A stretch of DNA of 24,929 nt from a virus (taxonomy: Duplodnaviria; Caudoviricetes): IMG/VR virus record IMGVR_UViG_3300037755_000760, positions 1-24,929 of that record. One strand, 5' to 3'. The notes under the pieces were generated by a model. That model was given only the letters and a program-made list of their open reading frames with translations. It did no database searches and had not been told where the DNA came from. How positions within the stretch are numbered: position 1 is the first letter of the stretch; each line of letters opens with the position of its first letter. Of this stretch, positions 15,608-24,108 are shown piece after piece. The position numbers were made by a program, and so were the translations under genes.

Positions 15608-16006
15608 ATGACGGACGTGAACGAGACCATTGCCGAGCTCGAGGAGGTCGAAGGGGACGAGGACGCGGAGCAGGAAGCCCGAGACCAGGCGACGCTCGAG
15701 GGGCTCCGGCAGAAGTACGAGACGCAGAAGGTCGCGTTCTGGGAGCCCGAGGACGCGCCCCGCGTCGTCGTCGCGATCAAGAAGGGCGCGCGGACGCGGC
15801 AGATCATGCACCGCTTCTTTCGCGACCTCGACACGAAGAAGGACAAGAACGCCCTCTACGAAAACCTCGCGCTCGCCTTCGTGGTCGAGCCGGGCAAGGA
15901 CGAGCTCTTGAGCATCTTCGAGGATGAGCCCGTGCTGCCGCTGCGAATCGCAGGGCGCATCCAAAAGATGACGGGGGGCAGCACGCGCGAGGTGGGAAAA
16001 GACTGA
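15608..16006 (+). CDS. Tail assembly chaperone (gpG-like)
   Basis: GAGGA RBS; lies between tube and tape measure; ends in slippery G GGA AAA. Confidence 0.8.
   Translation: MTDVNETIAELEEVEGDEDAEQEARDQATLEGLRQKYETQKVAFWEPEDAPRVVVAIKKGARTRQIMHRFFRDLDTKKDKNALYENLALAFVVEPGKDELLSIFEDEPVLPLRIAGRIQKMTGGSTREVGKD
15994..16000 (+). other. -1 programmed ribosomal frameshift site GGGAAAA
   Basis: X XXY YYZ heptamer in the correct phase. The -1 frame is open from 16000 to TAG 16207-16209. Confidence 0.85.
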
Positions 16007-16209
16007 GCCGATCCCGGGAGGACCTCGTGCTCGGCGGCCGCGCTCTCCTCGCGTTCGCTGAGCTGGCGGCGGGATCCGAGGACGTCGACGAGGACGACGC
16101 GGAGCTCGGCGCGATCATGATGGCCGAGCACCAAGCGCACGCGCGCGACCTCCTGAAGCTGATGAGCTCGTGGGCGAAAGCGTGGGTCCGAGCGCACCGA
16201 AAGCGATAG
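16000..16209 (+). CDS. Frameshift extension of the chaperone (gpGT-like C-terminus)
   Basis: -1 frame reads RLSRSREDLVLGGRALL... and ends 3 nt before the TMP start. Confidence 0.75.
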   Translation, partial: RLSRSREDLVLGGRALLAFAELAAGSEDVDEDDAELGAIMMAEHQAHARDLLKLMSSWAKAWVRAHRKR

Positions 16210-16212
16210 TTC

Positions 16213-18225
16213 GTGGACGACGACGCAGACTTCACGCTGAAGCTCCTGAACCAGCTTTCCGGCCCCGCCAAGAAGATGGCGGCGGACGTCCGGACGCTGG
16301 AGCGCGAGCTCGAGAGTCTCGACCGCGCAGCCGCCGCGATGCGCGGGCCCGAAGCGCTGAAGCGCTTCGACTTGTCGCGCCAGATCCGGCAAGCCAAGCA
16401 GGCGCAGGCCTTCCAGAAGCAGATCACGGCCTCGATCGTCAAAGAGCAGCTCGCCCGCTCGCAGGCGCGGGACGCCCAGATCCTCCAGCGCAACAAGGAA
16501 GTCCGGGCCGCCCAGGACGCCATGCGCTCGGCGATCGTGACCGAGCAGAAGAAGCGGCAGCAGATCCGCAAGCAAGAGCGCGACCTACTCCAGAACATCC
16601 GCAATGCACGCCTGACCCGAAAGAACGAGTTTTTTGACACCGCCGGTGCGTTCGTGATGCGGAGCGCCTTGATCGGTGTGAGCGTTGCAGCGGCGGCCGC
16701 GGCCGCCGCTATTGCTGTTTTGGCGTTCAAGTTCACGAGCGCGACCCACGAGTCGATCAAGTTCCGGCAGACCTCGCTCCTCGCGCTCGAAAAGCTGACG
16801 GGGAGCTCGGTCACGGCAGCCGGTCAATTCGACTCGACCCGGCGCGAGGCGGAGCGGCTCGGCCAAGACGTGTTCGAGACGCAGAAGGCGTTCCAGAAGC
16901 TCCTGGCCGCGCAATTCGAGGTCGGGAAGGCGCGGGAGATCCTGCGCATGAGCGCGGACCTCCGGGCCATCGGCGCGAGCGCCGAGGAGGTGCACCGCGC
17001 GCTCCTCGCGATGACGCAGATCAAATCGAAGGGCCGGCTCATGGCAGAGGAGATGCTCCAGCTCCAGGAAGCCGGAATCTCCGCCGAGCTCGTCTACAAG
17101 GTGCTCGGCGAGCGGCTCGGAAAGACCACGGCCGAGCTCCGCAAGATGCAGGAGCAGGGCCAGATCGACTCCGTGATGGGCATCGAGGCCATCATCGACG
17201 CGGTCAAGCTGAAGACGGGCGTCGAGACCACGGGCGAGGCCGGCGCCGACTTCGCATCGAAGACGCTCGAGGGCCAGGAAGCGCAGCTCAAGGGGTTTTT
17301 CCAAAACCTCTTCATCGACATCGGCGCCGCGGTCGAACCCGTGTTCGTGCCGATCGTGGGCAAGCTGATCGAGCTCTTGAAGTCGATCGCGAAAAACCCG
17401 GACGTCCAGGCCCTCGGGACGTTCCTGCTCAACCGGTTCGAGCTCTTCGGCATGTGGGTCGAGGCGAACTGGCCGACGATCATGGGAGTCATCAACACCG
17501 GCATTTCGCTCGTAGCGAGCCTCATTCGCGGCGCCGTCGATACCATCGACTTTTTCGCGCAGAACTGGGAGACGGTGCGGACGGTGCTGATCGGCGTGGG
17601 GATCGTGCTCGGGATCCTGGCGGCCGGAGCCGCCCTCGTCCTCGCTCCGTTCCTGCTGTTCACCGCCGCAGTGCTGGCAGTCGTCGGGGCGGTAGCGTTC
17701 GTGATCGGATGGGTCGCCTCTCACGTGGGAGACTGGTTCAGCGCCGGGGCAGACCTCATCGGGGGCCTGATCGACGGGATCACGAGCAAGTTCACCGGCG
17801 CCGTCGATGCCGTAAAGCAGTTCGGAAACGACGTGCTGGCCGCATTCAAGCGGGTCACCGGAATCGCGAGCCCCTCCAGGGTCTTCGAGGACTACGGGCA
17901 GTTCACGGTCGAGGGCTACGTCCGCGGCATCGTCGCCAACGACAACGCCGCCATGGCCGCCACCCGTGACCTCGGCATGGCCGCAAACGACGGCATCCAG
18001 TCCGAGCTCGGGCAGGCGCCCACGCTGCTCCGCTCGCAGACGACGGCGGCCGCCGCGACCGCCGACCTCGACGCGCTCCGGGGCGACGACATCAGCACCG
18101 TGCGAATCGGCAACGTCAGCGTCCAGGTCACCGTCAACGGCGACGCTGACGCCGAGCAGGTGAAGCAGGGCGTCGAGTCCGGGACGCTCGACGCGCTCGA
18201 GCGCTTCTTCGGCGAGGCGTCGTGA
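16213..18225 (+). CDS. Tape measure protein
   Basis: FTLKLLNQLSGPAK start, coiled coils, QIKSKGRLMAEEMLQLQEAGI core motif, hydrophobic segments, GIASPSRVF. Confidence 0.92.
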   Translation: MDDDADFTLKLLNQLSGPAKKMAADVRTLERELESLDRAAAAMRGPEALKRFDLSRQIRQAKQAQAFQKQITASIVKEQLARSQARDAQILQRNKEVRAAQDAMRSAIVTEQKKRQQIRKQERDLLQNIRNARLTRKNEFFDTAGAFVMRSALIGVSVAAAAAAAAIAVLAFKFTSATHESIKFRQTSLLALEKLTGSSVTAAGQFDSTRREAERLGQDVFETQKAFQKLLAAQFEVGKAREILRMSADLRAIGASAEEVHRALLAMTQIKSKGRLMAEEMLQLQEAGISAELVYKVLGERLGKTTAELRKMQEQGQIDSVMGIEAIIDAVKLKTGVETTGEAGADFASKTLEGQEAQLKGFFQNLFIDIGAAVEPVFVPIVGKLIELLKSIAKNPDVQALGTFLLNRFELFGMWVEANWPTIMGVINTGISLVASLIRGAVDTIDFFAQNWETVRTVLIGVGIVLGILAAGAALVLAPFLLFTAAVLAVVGAVAFVIGWVASHVGDWFSAGADLIGGLIDGITSKFTGAVDAVKQFGNDVLAAFKRVTGIASPSRVFEDYGQFTVEGYVRGIVANDNAAMAATRDLGMAANDGIQSELGQAPTLLRSQTTAAAATADLDALRGDDISTVRIGNVSVQVTVNGDADAEQVKQGVESGTLDALERFFGEAS

Positions 18226-18773
18226 CCTGGCTCACGAACCTCTTGGCGTTCCGACGCCTGTTCGTCAATGGGTCCGAGCATTCGCCGCGGCGTGACGACC
18301 TGGAATTGATCGGGCCGGGCGTAGCGGCCACTGACGAAGACGAGCGAACCAAGGTGGACCTCACGCCTCCGTTCATCCGATACCTCGCGCAGGGCACGAG
18401 CCTCGCCTTTGGGGCGAAACTTGCGCTCTCGGATCCGGTGGGCACCCCCGGATTTTCCCTCGCGAGCGACGAGGTCGAGCTCCCCTTCGCCGGCATCTAC
18501 GAATTCTCGCTCTCGGGCAGCGCGACGAGCGACGACACCGCGAACCCGAAGCAGATCGCGATCGCGCTCCAGATTGCCGGGACACCCGTCATGAGCGGCG
18601 GAGGCTGGCGCTTCAGCGCGAACACCTCGCACGACGTCCTCTGCACGGTGGTCGGCGCCTTCGAAATCACCGACCCCGCCACACAGAAAGTGTCGGTCGT
18701 GGCGGACGCGACCAACGGCTTGACCGGCGCCGCTCACCTCATCATCCGCCAACGCACGATCACGCTGCCGTGA
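18222..18773 (+). CDS. Short fibre/appendage-like protein with BclA-CTD/C1q-like C-terminal domain
   Basis: N-terminus is paralogous to the ORF at 24660. The C-terminus has VELPFAGIYEFSLSG...AHLIIRQ. Confidence 0.6.
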   Translation: MTWLTNLLAFRRLFVNGSEHSPRRDDLELIGPGVAATDEDERTKVDLTPPFIRYLAQGTSLAFGAKLALSDPVGTPGFSLASDEVELPFAGIYEFSLSGSATSDDTANPKQIAIALQIAGTPVMSGGGWRFSANTSHDVLCTVVGAFEITDPATQKVSVVADATNGLTGAAHLIIRQRTITLP

Positions 18774-19345
18774 GCTACCTCGACGAGCAAGCCTACCGCG
18801 TCTGCCGGCTCGGCGACGTGCTGCTGCCCGGGCTCGTGGAGTTCGGCGACATCGAGATGGGGGCACGCTTCGACAAGCAGAAGCGCCGGGGCCGAGACGG
18901 CATCAAGCTGAAGGATGAGGGTGTAGAGCCCGCCGAGTTTTCGATCTTCCTCTTCGGGAACAACGCGAACTGGAACGACTGGGTCGAGGTCTATCCGCTC
19001 ATCTACACGCCCAAGCCCGGCGGCGAGCGCCAGCCGCTGGCCATCGACCACCCGTTCGTGAACGACCACAAGATCACGACCGTCTACGTCAAGAAAATCA
19101 AGGTCGACTACCCGACTGCCAAGCGCGGGTGGAAGGTCGAGATCAAGGTCGAGCAGTGGTTCCCGGAGCTGAAGGAGAAGCGGACGGGGAACAAGGCGCG
19201 GCTCAACAACGCACAGAGCGTTCAGAATGCGATCTCGCGCGGCACCGCGTTGTCGGGGCTAGACGCCGGAGAGGCGTCCGAGTTCGGATTGCAGAACCTA
19301 GACCCGGCGAGCCCTGAAAACATCCAGTCCAATCTCTTCGATTGA
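18770..19345 (+). CDS. Putative baseplate tube-initiator protein
   Basis: LPGLV...FDKQKRRGRDG....DEG...AEFSI...PLAIDHP; position before the hub gene. Confidence 0.65.
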   Translation: MSYLDEQAYRVCRLGDVLLPGLVEFGDIEMGARFDKQKRRGRDGIKLKDEGVEPAEFSIFLFGNNANWNDWVEVYPLIYTPKPGGERQPLAIDHPFVNDHKITTVYVKKIKVDYPTAKRGWKVEIKVEQWFPELKEKRTGNKARLNNAQSVQNAISRGTALSGLDAGEASEFGLQNLDPASPENIQSNLFD

Positions 19346-20430
19346 TGGCCACCGCCAACGCCCAAAACCTCATCGCCGCCGAGATCCGCCTGCCCCGGAT
19401 CGGTGCCTGGCACGCCGACATCGACACCGACGGCGAGGACGTCCTCACGAGCCCGGTCCGGATCGAGATCGACGGCGTCGAGTTCGTGGGCGCGGTCGTC
19501 CGCACCGGCAACAACGGCTCTCGCGTGAGGACGCGCGTGGTCGGCGGCGCCGGCGGGCTCTCGACGGAGCTCCCGGCCAAGAGCTACAGCTCGGCGACCG
19601 GCGTCGAGGTAAGGACGCTCGTCGGAGACCTGCTGCGCGAGGCCGGCGAAACCTTGTCGGCGACGAGCGATCAGGCTCTCCTTTCGCGCCGCCTGCCCCG
19701 CTGGCACCGTGAGCACGCGGTGGCGAGCCACTCGCTCGTCCGCATCCTCGACGCCGTGCAGGCGAGCTGGCGCGTGCTCCGGGACGGCACCGTGTGGGTC
19801 GGCCCGGCCACCTACCCCGAGGCCACGGTCGCGCACGTCCTCATCGACGAGGACTGGGCGTCCGGGCACTCGACGATCGCTCCCGAGCGCCCCGAGCTCG
19901 AGCCGGGCGTGACGTTCCGCGGGCAGAAGATCGAGCTCGTCGTGCACCGGGTGGACCGGGAGGGCGCGCTCCGCACCGAGGCCTGGGTCACGTCCGCAAA
20001 CTCGGTGCTCGAGCGGTTCCTGGCGAGGATTCGGCAGTCGATCGACTACACGGCGCTTTGGCCGTGCCGCGTCGTCACCCGCAATGCCGACGGCACGCTC
20101 CAGCTCGTCCCCGATGACGAGCGGATGAAGGGCTCTGGGCTCGACAAGGTGCCGATGCGCGGCGCGCCGGAGTTCGTAGCGAAGGCCGGCGATCGGGTGC
20201 GGTTTGGTTTCGAGGGTGGGGATCCGTCGAGGCCGTTTGCCGCGGAGCCAAACTTCGAAGGCGAGCGCGCGGTCGCAAGGGTCGGCGATCCGGTCGTCGT
20301 CTACGTCCAGCCGGGCGTCCCCGTGCCTTTCACCGGCACGATCAACGGGCTCGCCGCAACCGGCACCTTCGTCATCGCGACCCCGGTCTACGGCTCGATC
20401 ATGAGCGGGCAGGACAGGCTGCGCGCGTGA
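19345..20430 (+). CDS. Baseplate hub fused to spike OB-fold and short tip region
   Basis: Hub-like WRVLRDGTVWVG, then CRVV...DGTLQLVPDD...GDRVRFGFEGGDPSRPF (spike OB-fold-like), then AVARVGD...GSIMSG. Confidence 0.72.
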   Translation: MATANAQNLIAAEIRLPRIGAWHADIDTDGEDVLTSPVRIEIDGVEFVGAVVRTGNNGSRVRTRVVGGAGGLSTELPAKSYSSATGVEVRTLVGDLLREAGETLSATSDQALLSRRLPRWHREHAVASHSLVRILDAVQASWRVLRDGTVWVGPATYPEATVAHVLIDEDWASGHSTIAPERPELEPGVTFRGQKIELVVHRVDREGALRTEAWVTSANSVLERFLARIRQSIDYTALWPCRVVTRNADGTLQLVPDDERMKGSGLDKVPMRGAPEFVAKAGDRVRFGFEGGDPSRPFAAEPNFEGERAVARVGDPVVVYVQPGVPVPFTGTINGLAATGTFVIATPVYGSIMSGQDRLRA

Positions 20431-20933
20431 GTCTCCAGTACGTGGGCGGAAAGTCGCTCCTGGCGGCGTTGCCGTTGACGGCGCAAGCGGTCGGGGCCGT
20501 GAATGCGGCCGCCGGCGCTTCGCTTGCAGACCTACAGGCGCGACTGGCCGGCGCCGTGGCGTTGCAGGCTGGGGTTGCGCTGAGTCCACCGAGCTTGACG
20601 GACCTGATCGCCGCGTTGCAGGCGCTCATCGAGCAGATTCTCGCGCTCCTGGCGCAGCCAGCGTCGCCGCCAATCGTCGTGAACGTGTCCGCCATGGCGG
20701 CTGTCGCGGCGGAGCTGCAAGCGGCAATCGGTCTGTTGCAGGCGCAGCTCGCGCTCGCAGCATCCATCAGCGGGACCCTCGGCGCCGGTATCCACCTGTA
20801 CCGCTACGACGGGCCTGCGTCAGGTCTCGTGGTCCCACCCGACACCACGCCCGACCAGCCGACGCTTGGCGTCGTCCTCGTCGCAACGGGTCCCACCGCA
20901 CAGGCGGCGCTTCGGGCCACATTTTCGATCTAG
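20427..20933 (+). CDS. Ala/Leu-rich helical hypothetical baseplate-region protein
   Basis: GTGA overlap with the previous gene. Long amphipathic helices precede GIHLYRYDG. Confidence 0.65.
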   Translation: MSLQYVGGKSLLAALPLTAQAVGAVNAAAGASLADLQARLAGAVALQAGVALSPPSLTDLIAALQALIEQILALLAQPASPPIVVNVSAMAAVAAELQAAIGLLQAQLALAASISGTLGAGIHLYRYDGPASGLVVPPDTTPDQPTLGVVLVATGPTAQAALRATFSI

Positions 20934-21226
20934 CGAAGCAGCCAGCGGAATAAGGCCAGCGTCAGAACTATCCCCGCAATTGCAGCAAGCGCCTGGCCGC
21001 CGGTCATCTTGAGTCCAGACGCGCTGGGCTTCGGGGCCAGAGCTCCGCATGTCGTGCAGCGCCACCGGTTGCTGCCCGACAGCGATGCAAGGATCCAGAT
21101 GGGGATCCAGGTCCAACAGAGACAGAGCGACACTACTCCGTGCACGAGGTGAGCGGGAGCGCGGCGCTCGAATCTCGTGTACTGCTGGCAAGCGTGACAC
21201 CAGTCGCGAGTGTGCTCGATCGGCAT
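20930..21226 (-). CDS. LITAF-like zinc-ribbon membrane protein
   Basis: CHAC, hydrophobic hairpin HLVHGVVSLCLCWTWIPIWIL, WRCTTC, then a C-terminal TM helix. Confidence 0.75.
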   Translation of the reverse strand: MPIEHTRDWCHACQQYTRFERRAPAHLVHGVVSLCLCWTWIPIWILASLSGSNRWRCTTCGALAPKPSASGLKMTGGQALAAIAGIVLTLALFRWLLR

Positions 21227-21230
21227 CGCG

Positions 21231-21791
21231 TCATCCGTTCGAGCAACAGTGCATGAGAGCCGCTGCGCCAGCGTCGGAGCAGTCCGTCACCGGGTCCGTC
21301 TCGCAAGGGAACTCGGCGCCGTCGGAAGCAAAGAACCCAGTCTTCCCTTCGCACGAGTAGTTGCCCACATCACAAAGCGCGCAGTGCGCTCCGATCGCAG
21401 CCGAGCACGGCGTCTCACACGCCTCGATCTCCGGGCACTCGTCCACCGGTCCGCCCGCTCCGGCTCCCGAGCTCGCGGCGCCACCTTCGGACGGAGCGCC
21501 ACCCTCACCCGGAACCGTTCCGCCGGCGCCGCCGCTCGGAGTCGAAGGCTCGCCGGCCTCCCCCGCCGACGCGTCACCCGTGCGCTCGCCCGCACTACCC
21601 GCGTCCACGAGCTCGCCCGCGGCGCCGACCTGCGCCCCCGACGACACCTCGCCACCGCTTCCCGCAGCACCGCCCTCTCCTGCCTCGCCAGCGGCCCCGG
21701 CGCCGCCCTCATCTCGCTTTCCGCCCGTCGGCCCCGGAAGGTCGCTCCACCCGCAAGCGAGCGTGACGAGGCCGAGGAGCACGGCGCGCAT
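21231..21791 (-). CDS. Putative lipoprotein with Gly/Ala/Glu linker and Cys-rich C-terminal domain
   Basis: MRAVLLGLVTLA-C lipobox-like signal, GGAGAAGEAGEGG linker, 10 Cys in the last ~70 aa; GGGAG upstream. Confidence 0.78.
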   Translation of the reverse strand: MRAVLLGLVTLACGWSDLPGPTGGKRDEGGAGAAGEAGEGGAAGSGGEVSSGAQVGAAGELVDAGSAGERTGDASAGEAGEPSTPSGGAGGTVPGEGGAPSEGGAASSGAGAGGPVDECPEIEACETPCSAAIGAHCALCDVGNYSCEGKTGFFASDGAEFPCETDPVTDCSDAGAAALMHCCSNG

Positions 21792-21838
21792 GCCGTCAAT
21801 CGTCTCCCGCCGCGCCGGCCCGTCAACCTGAACACCCG

Positions 21839-22240
21839 ATGCCCCTCGACCTCACCCGCATCGAAAACACGACCGACGTGCATTGCGACGGCGATTTCCT
21901 GCCCCACATGCCGGAAGTCTCGGGGCGCGTGGCGCTCGCCCAACGCCTGCTCCGACGGCTCTCGACGCGGCAGGGGGCGCTGCCTTACTGGGCGGACCAA
22001 AAGTCGCTCGACCTCCGAGACTACCTCCTGAGCGCCCATCCGCCGGAGCGGATCAGTCGCGAGGTCAGCGCGGTGTGCCTCGACGATGAGCAAGTCGAGC
22101 AATGCTCGACGGAGGCGTCGGTGCTCGGCCAGCAAGTAACGACCGAGCTTCAGATCGTCGATGCGGCTGGACCGTTCCGTCTCACGCTGACGGCATCGGA
22201 TGCGGCCGTGAACCTGGTTCGGCTCCAGCAGGAAAGCTGA
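21839..22240 (+). CDS. Baseplate wedge/sheath initiator (gpW/gp25/Mu gp46-like)
   Basis: ALAQRLLRRLSTRQGAL...LRDYL...CLDDEQVE; immediately before the J-like gene. Confidence 0.78.
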   Translation: MPLDLTRIENTTDVHCDGDFLPHMPEVSGRVALAQRLLRRLSTRQGALPYWADQKSLDLRDYLLSAHPPERISREVSAVCLDDEQVEQCSTEASVLGQQVTTELQIVDAAGPFRLTLTASDAAVNLVRLQQES

Positions 22241-22244
22241 TCGC

Positions 22245-23438
22245 GTGCCCACGCTGAACTGGTCCCAAGTCGTCGCCGTCACGGCCGCGGCAGCGAAGCA
22301 GACGCTCCTCGAGCTGCTCGACGACGCCGACTTCACGGCCACGAGCTGGCAGCCGTTCAGCATCGCGGCGACGATGCTCGAGGAAACCGCTCTGCTCTGG
22401 GAGCGATTCAGTGAGCTCGTCGTCTTCCACAAGACGCAGGCGCTGCTCGAGACGGCGGAAAAGGAAGCGCTGACTCGCCTTGCGGCGAGCCACTACAAGG
22501 TCACGCGAGCGGCGTCCGTCACGGCGCAGCGCACGATCGTCCTTGCCTGCGCGGCGACCGAAGGCCCGCACGAGATCGCGCTGGGCAGCGTGGTTCTGTC
22601 CAACGGACTCGGTAGCACGTACCGCAACGTCGAAGACGGTACGACCGTCTACCCGGTGACGCTCACGAGCGGCGGAACACTGACGCTCCGCTTCGAGGCC
22701 GAGGTCGCGGGCAAGGACGCCAACGTCGCCGAAGGCGTGGTGACGTCGCTCGTGACGACGCTGGCCGGCGTCACCGTCACCTCCGACGTGCCGTTCCGGC
22801 TCGGCGTCGAGGAGGAGAGCGATGCCCGCCTGAAGGAGCGGTGCTCGCTCCGATGGGCGCTCCTGACTCGGTTCGAGCTCATCGACGAGGGCATTCGGGC
22901 GCTCATCCTCGACGCGGTTCCCGGCGTCGCGGTTGTCCGGGTCGACTCCACGAATCCGCGCGGCGCCGGGACCCTCGACGTCTACGTAGCGGGCGCCGAC
23001 GACACCTCGCCGAGCGAGGACGTGACGGCCGCGAGCGACGCGCTCGAGCCCTACCTGTTCAACAACACGGGCACCGCAGAGCCGACGTTCGAGGTCAGCG
23101 CGGCGCCGACGGCGACGCTCAATCTCTCCGGGATCGTCTACTACGCGAACACGTTCGCTCAGGCGGACGTGAGGGCCGCGGTCGAAGCTGCGCTCGATGC
23201 GTTACTGCTCACGATCCCGCTTGGCGGCTTCGACTTCAGCCCCGGGCCGGCCAACGCCGTCCCGAAAAACGACGTCGAGGCCATCATAAAAAGCGCCGTC
23301 GTCAACGACCAGGCCGGAGCGGTAAAGACCGTGACGCTTACGACACCTGCGACAGACTTCACCGTGCCAGCGTTCGCCAAGGTGGTCGCGCCCATCACGT
23401 GGGGACTCATCACCTACACGGCCGTCAGTGCCAGCTAA
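22245..23438 (+). CDS. Baseplate J/Mu gp47-like wedge protein
   Basis: EAEVAGKDANV, GVEEESDARLKERC, PRGAGTLDVYV motifs. Confidence 0.92.
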   Translation: MPTLNWSQVVAVTAAAAKQTLLELLDDADFTATSWQPFSIAATMLEETALLWERFSELVVFHKTQALLETAEKEALTRLAASHYKVTRAASVTAQRTIVLACAATEGPHEIALGSVVLSNGLGSTYRNVEDGTTVYPVTLTSGGTLTLRFEAEVAGKDANVAEGVVTSLVTTLAGVTVTSDVPFRLGVEEESDARLKERCSLRWALLTRFELIDEGIRALILDAVPGVAVVRVDSTNPRGAGTLDVYVAGADDTSPSEDVTAASDALEPYLFNNTGTAEPTFEVSAAPTATLNLSGIVYYANTFAQADVRAAVEAALDALLLTIPLGGFDFSPGPANAVPKNDVEAIIKSAVVNDQAGAVKTVTLTTPATDFTVPAFAKVVAPITWGLITYTAVSAS

Positions 23439-24108
23439 CACATTCGTTCGGGAGCTCGCACGCCGAAGCCCGGCGTGGATGGTCGGCACGCCCGAGAACG
23501 GCCAGCTTGCCGAGCGCTTCTGGGGCGTGGTGGTCGGACTCACCGGAGACCTGTTTGCCGAGGCGATGCGGCTCGCGCTCCGCATGCCCTGGCTGCTCGA
23601 CCCAGAGAGCCCGGACGACGTTCTGCCGCTCATCGGTGCCGAGCGACGGATCCGACAATACCCGGGCGAGAGTGCGGCCGCGTATCGGGCACGCCTGCAC
23701 GCCGCGTGGGACACGTACTCGGCGCCGGGCAAGACGGCGATCGAGACCGAGCTCGCGCTGGCGGGCTGGCCCGGGACGGTGGTGTTCTACGATCGGCCCG
23801 GACCGAAGGGCGAGCCGGCACCGTACTGGTCGCAGTTTTGGGTGCGGTTCGGGGTCGGCGATCATCCGGTGACGGGGGATGCGCCCGCATGGGACAGCGG
23901 CGCCACATGGGACGGCTCGACGCTCTGGGACATTGGGGCGCCAGCGGCGTTCATCGCGACTATCCGCGCCATCGTCAGCAAGTGGAAGCCCAGCCGCTGG
24001 ATTTGCAGAGGCTTCGAGTTCGAGCTCGGGCAGCAGAACTGGGACGGCTCAGGAGTTTGGGATGACGGCGTTACTACGTGGGACGGCTACTTCGCTTTGG
24101 AGTTTTGA
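23428..24108 (+). CDS. Baseplate wedge protein (P2 gpI/Mu gp48-like) with WD-containing repeats
   Basis: PDDVLPLIGAERRI...ESAAAYRARL; follows J. Confidence 0.78.
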   Translation: MPANTFVRELARRSPAWMVGTPENGQLAERFWGVVVGLTGDLFAEAMRLALRMPWLLDPESPDDVLPLIGAERRIRQYPGESAAAYRARLHAAWDTYSAPGKTAIETELALAGWPGTVVFYDRPGPKGEPAPYWSQFWVRFGVGDHPVTGDAPAWDSGATWDGSTLWDIGAPAAFIATIRAIVSKWKPSRWICRGFEFELGQQNWDGSGVWDDGVTTWDGYFALEF

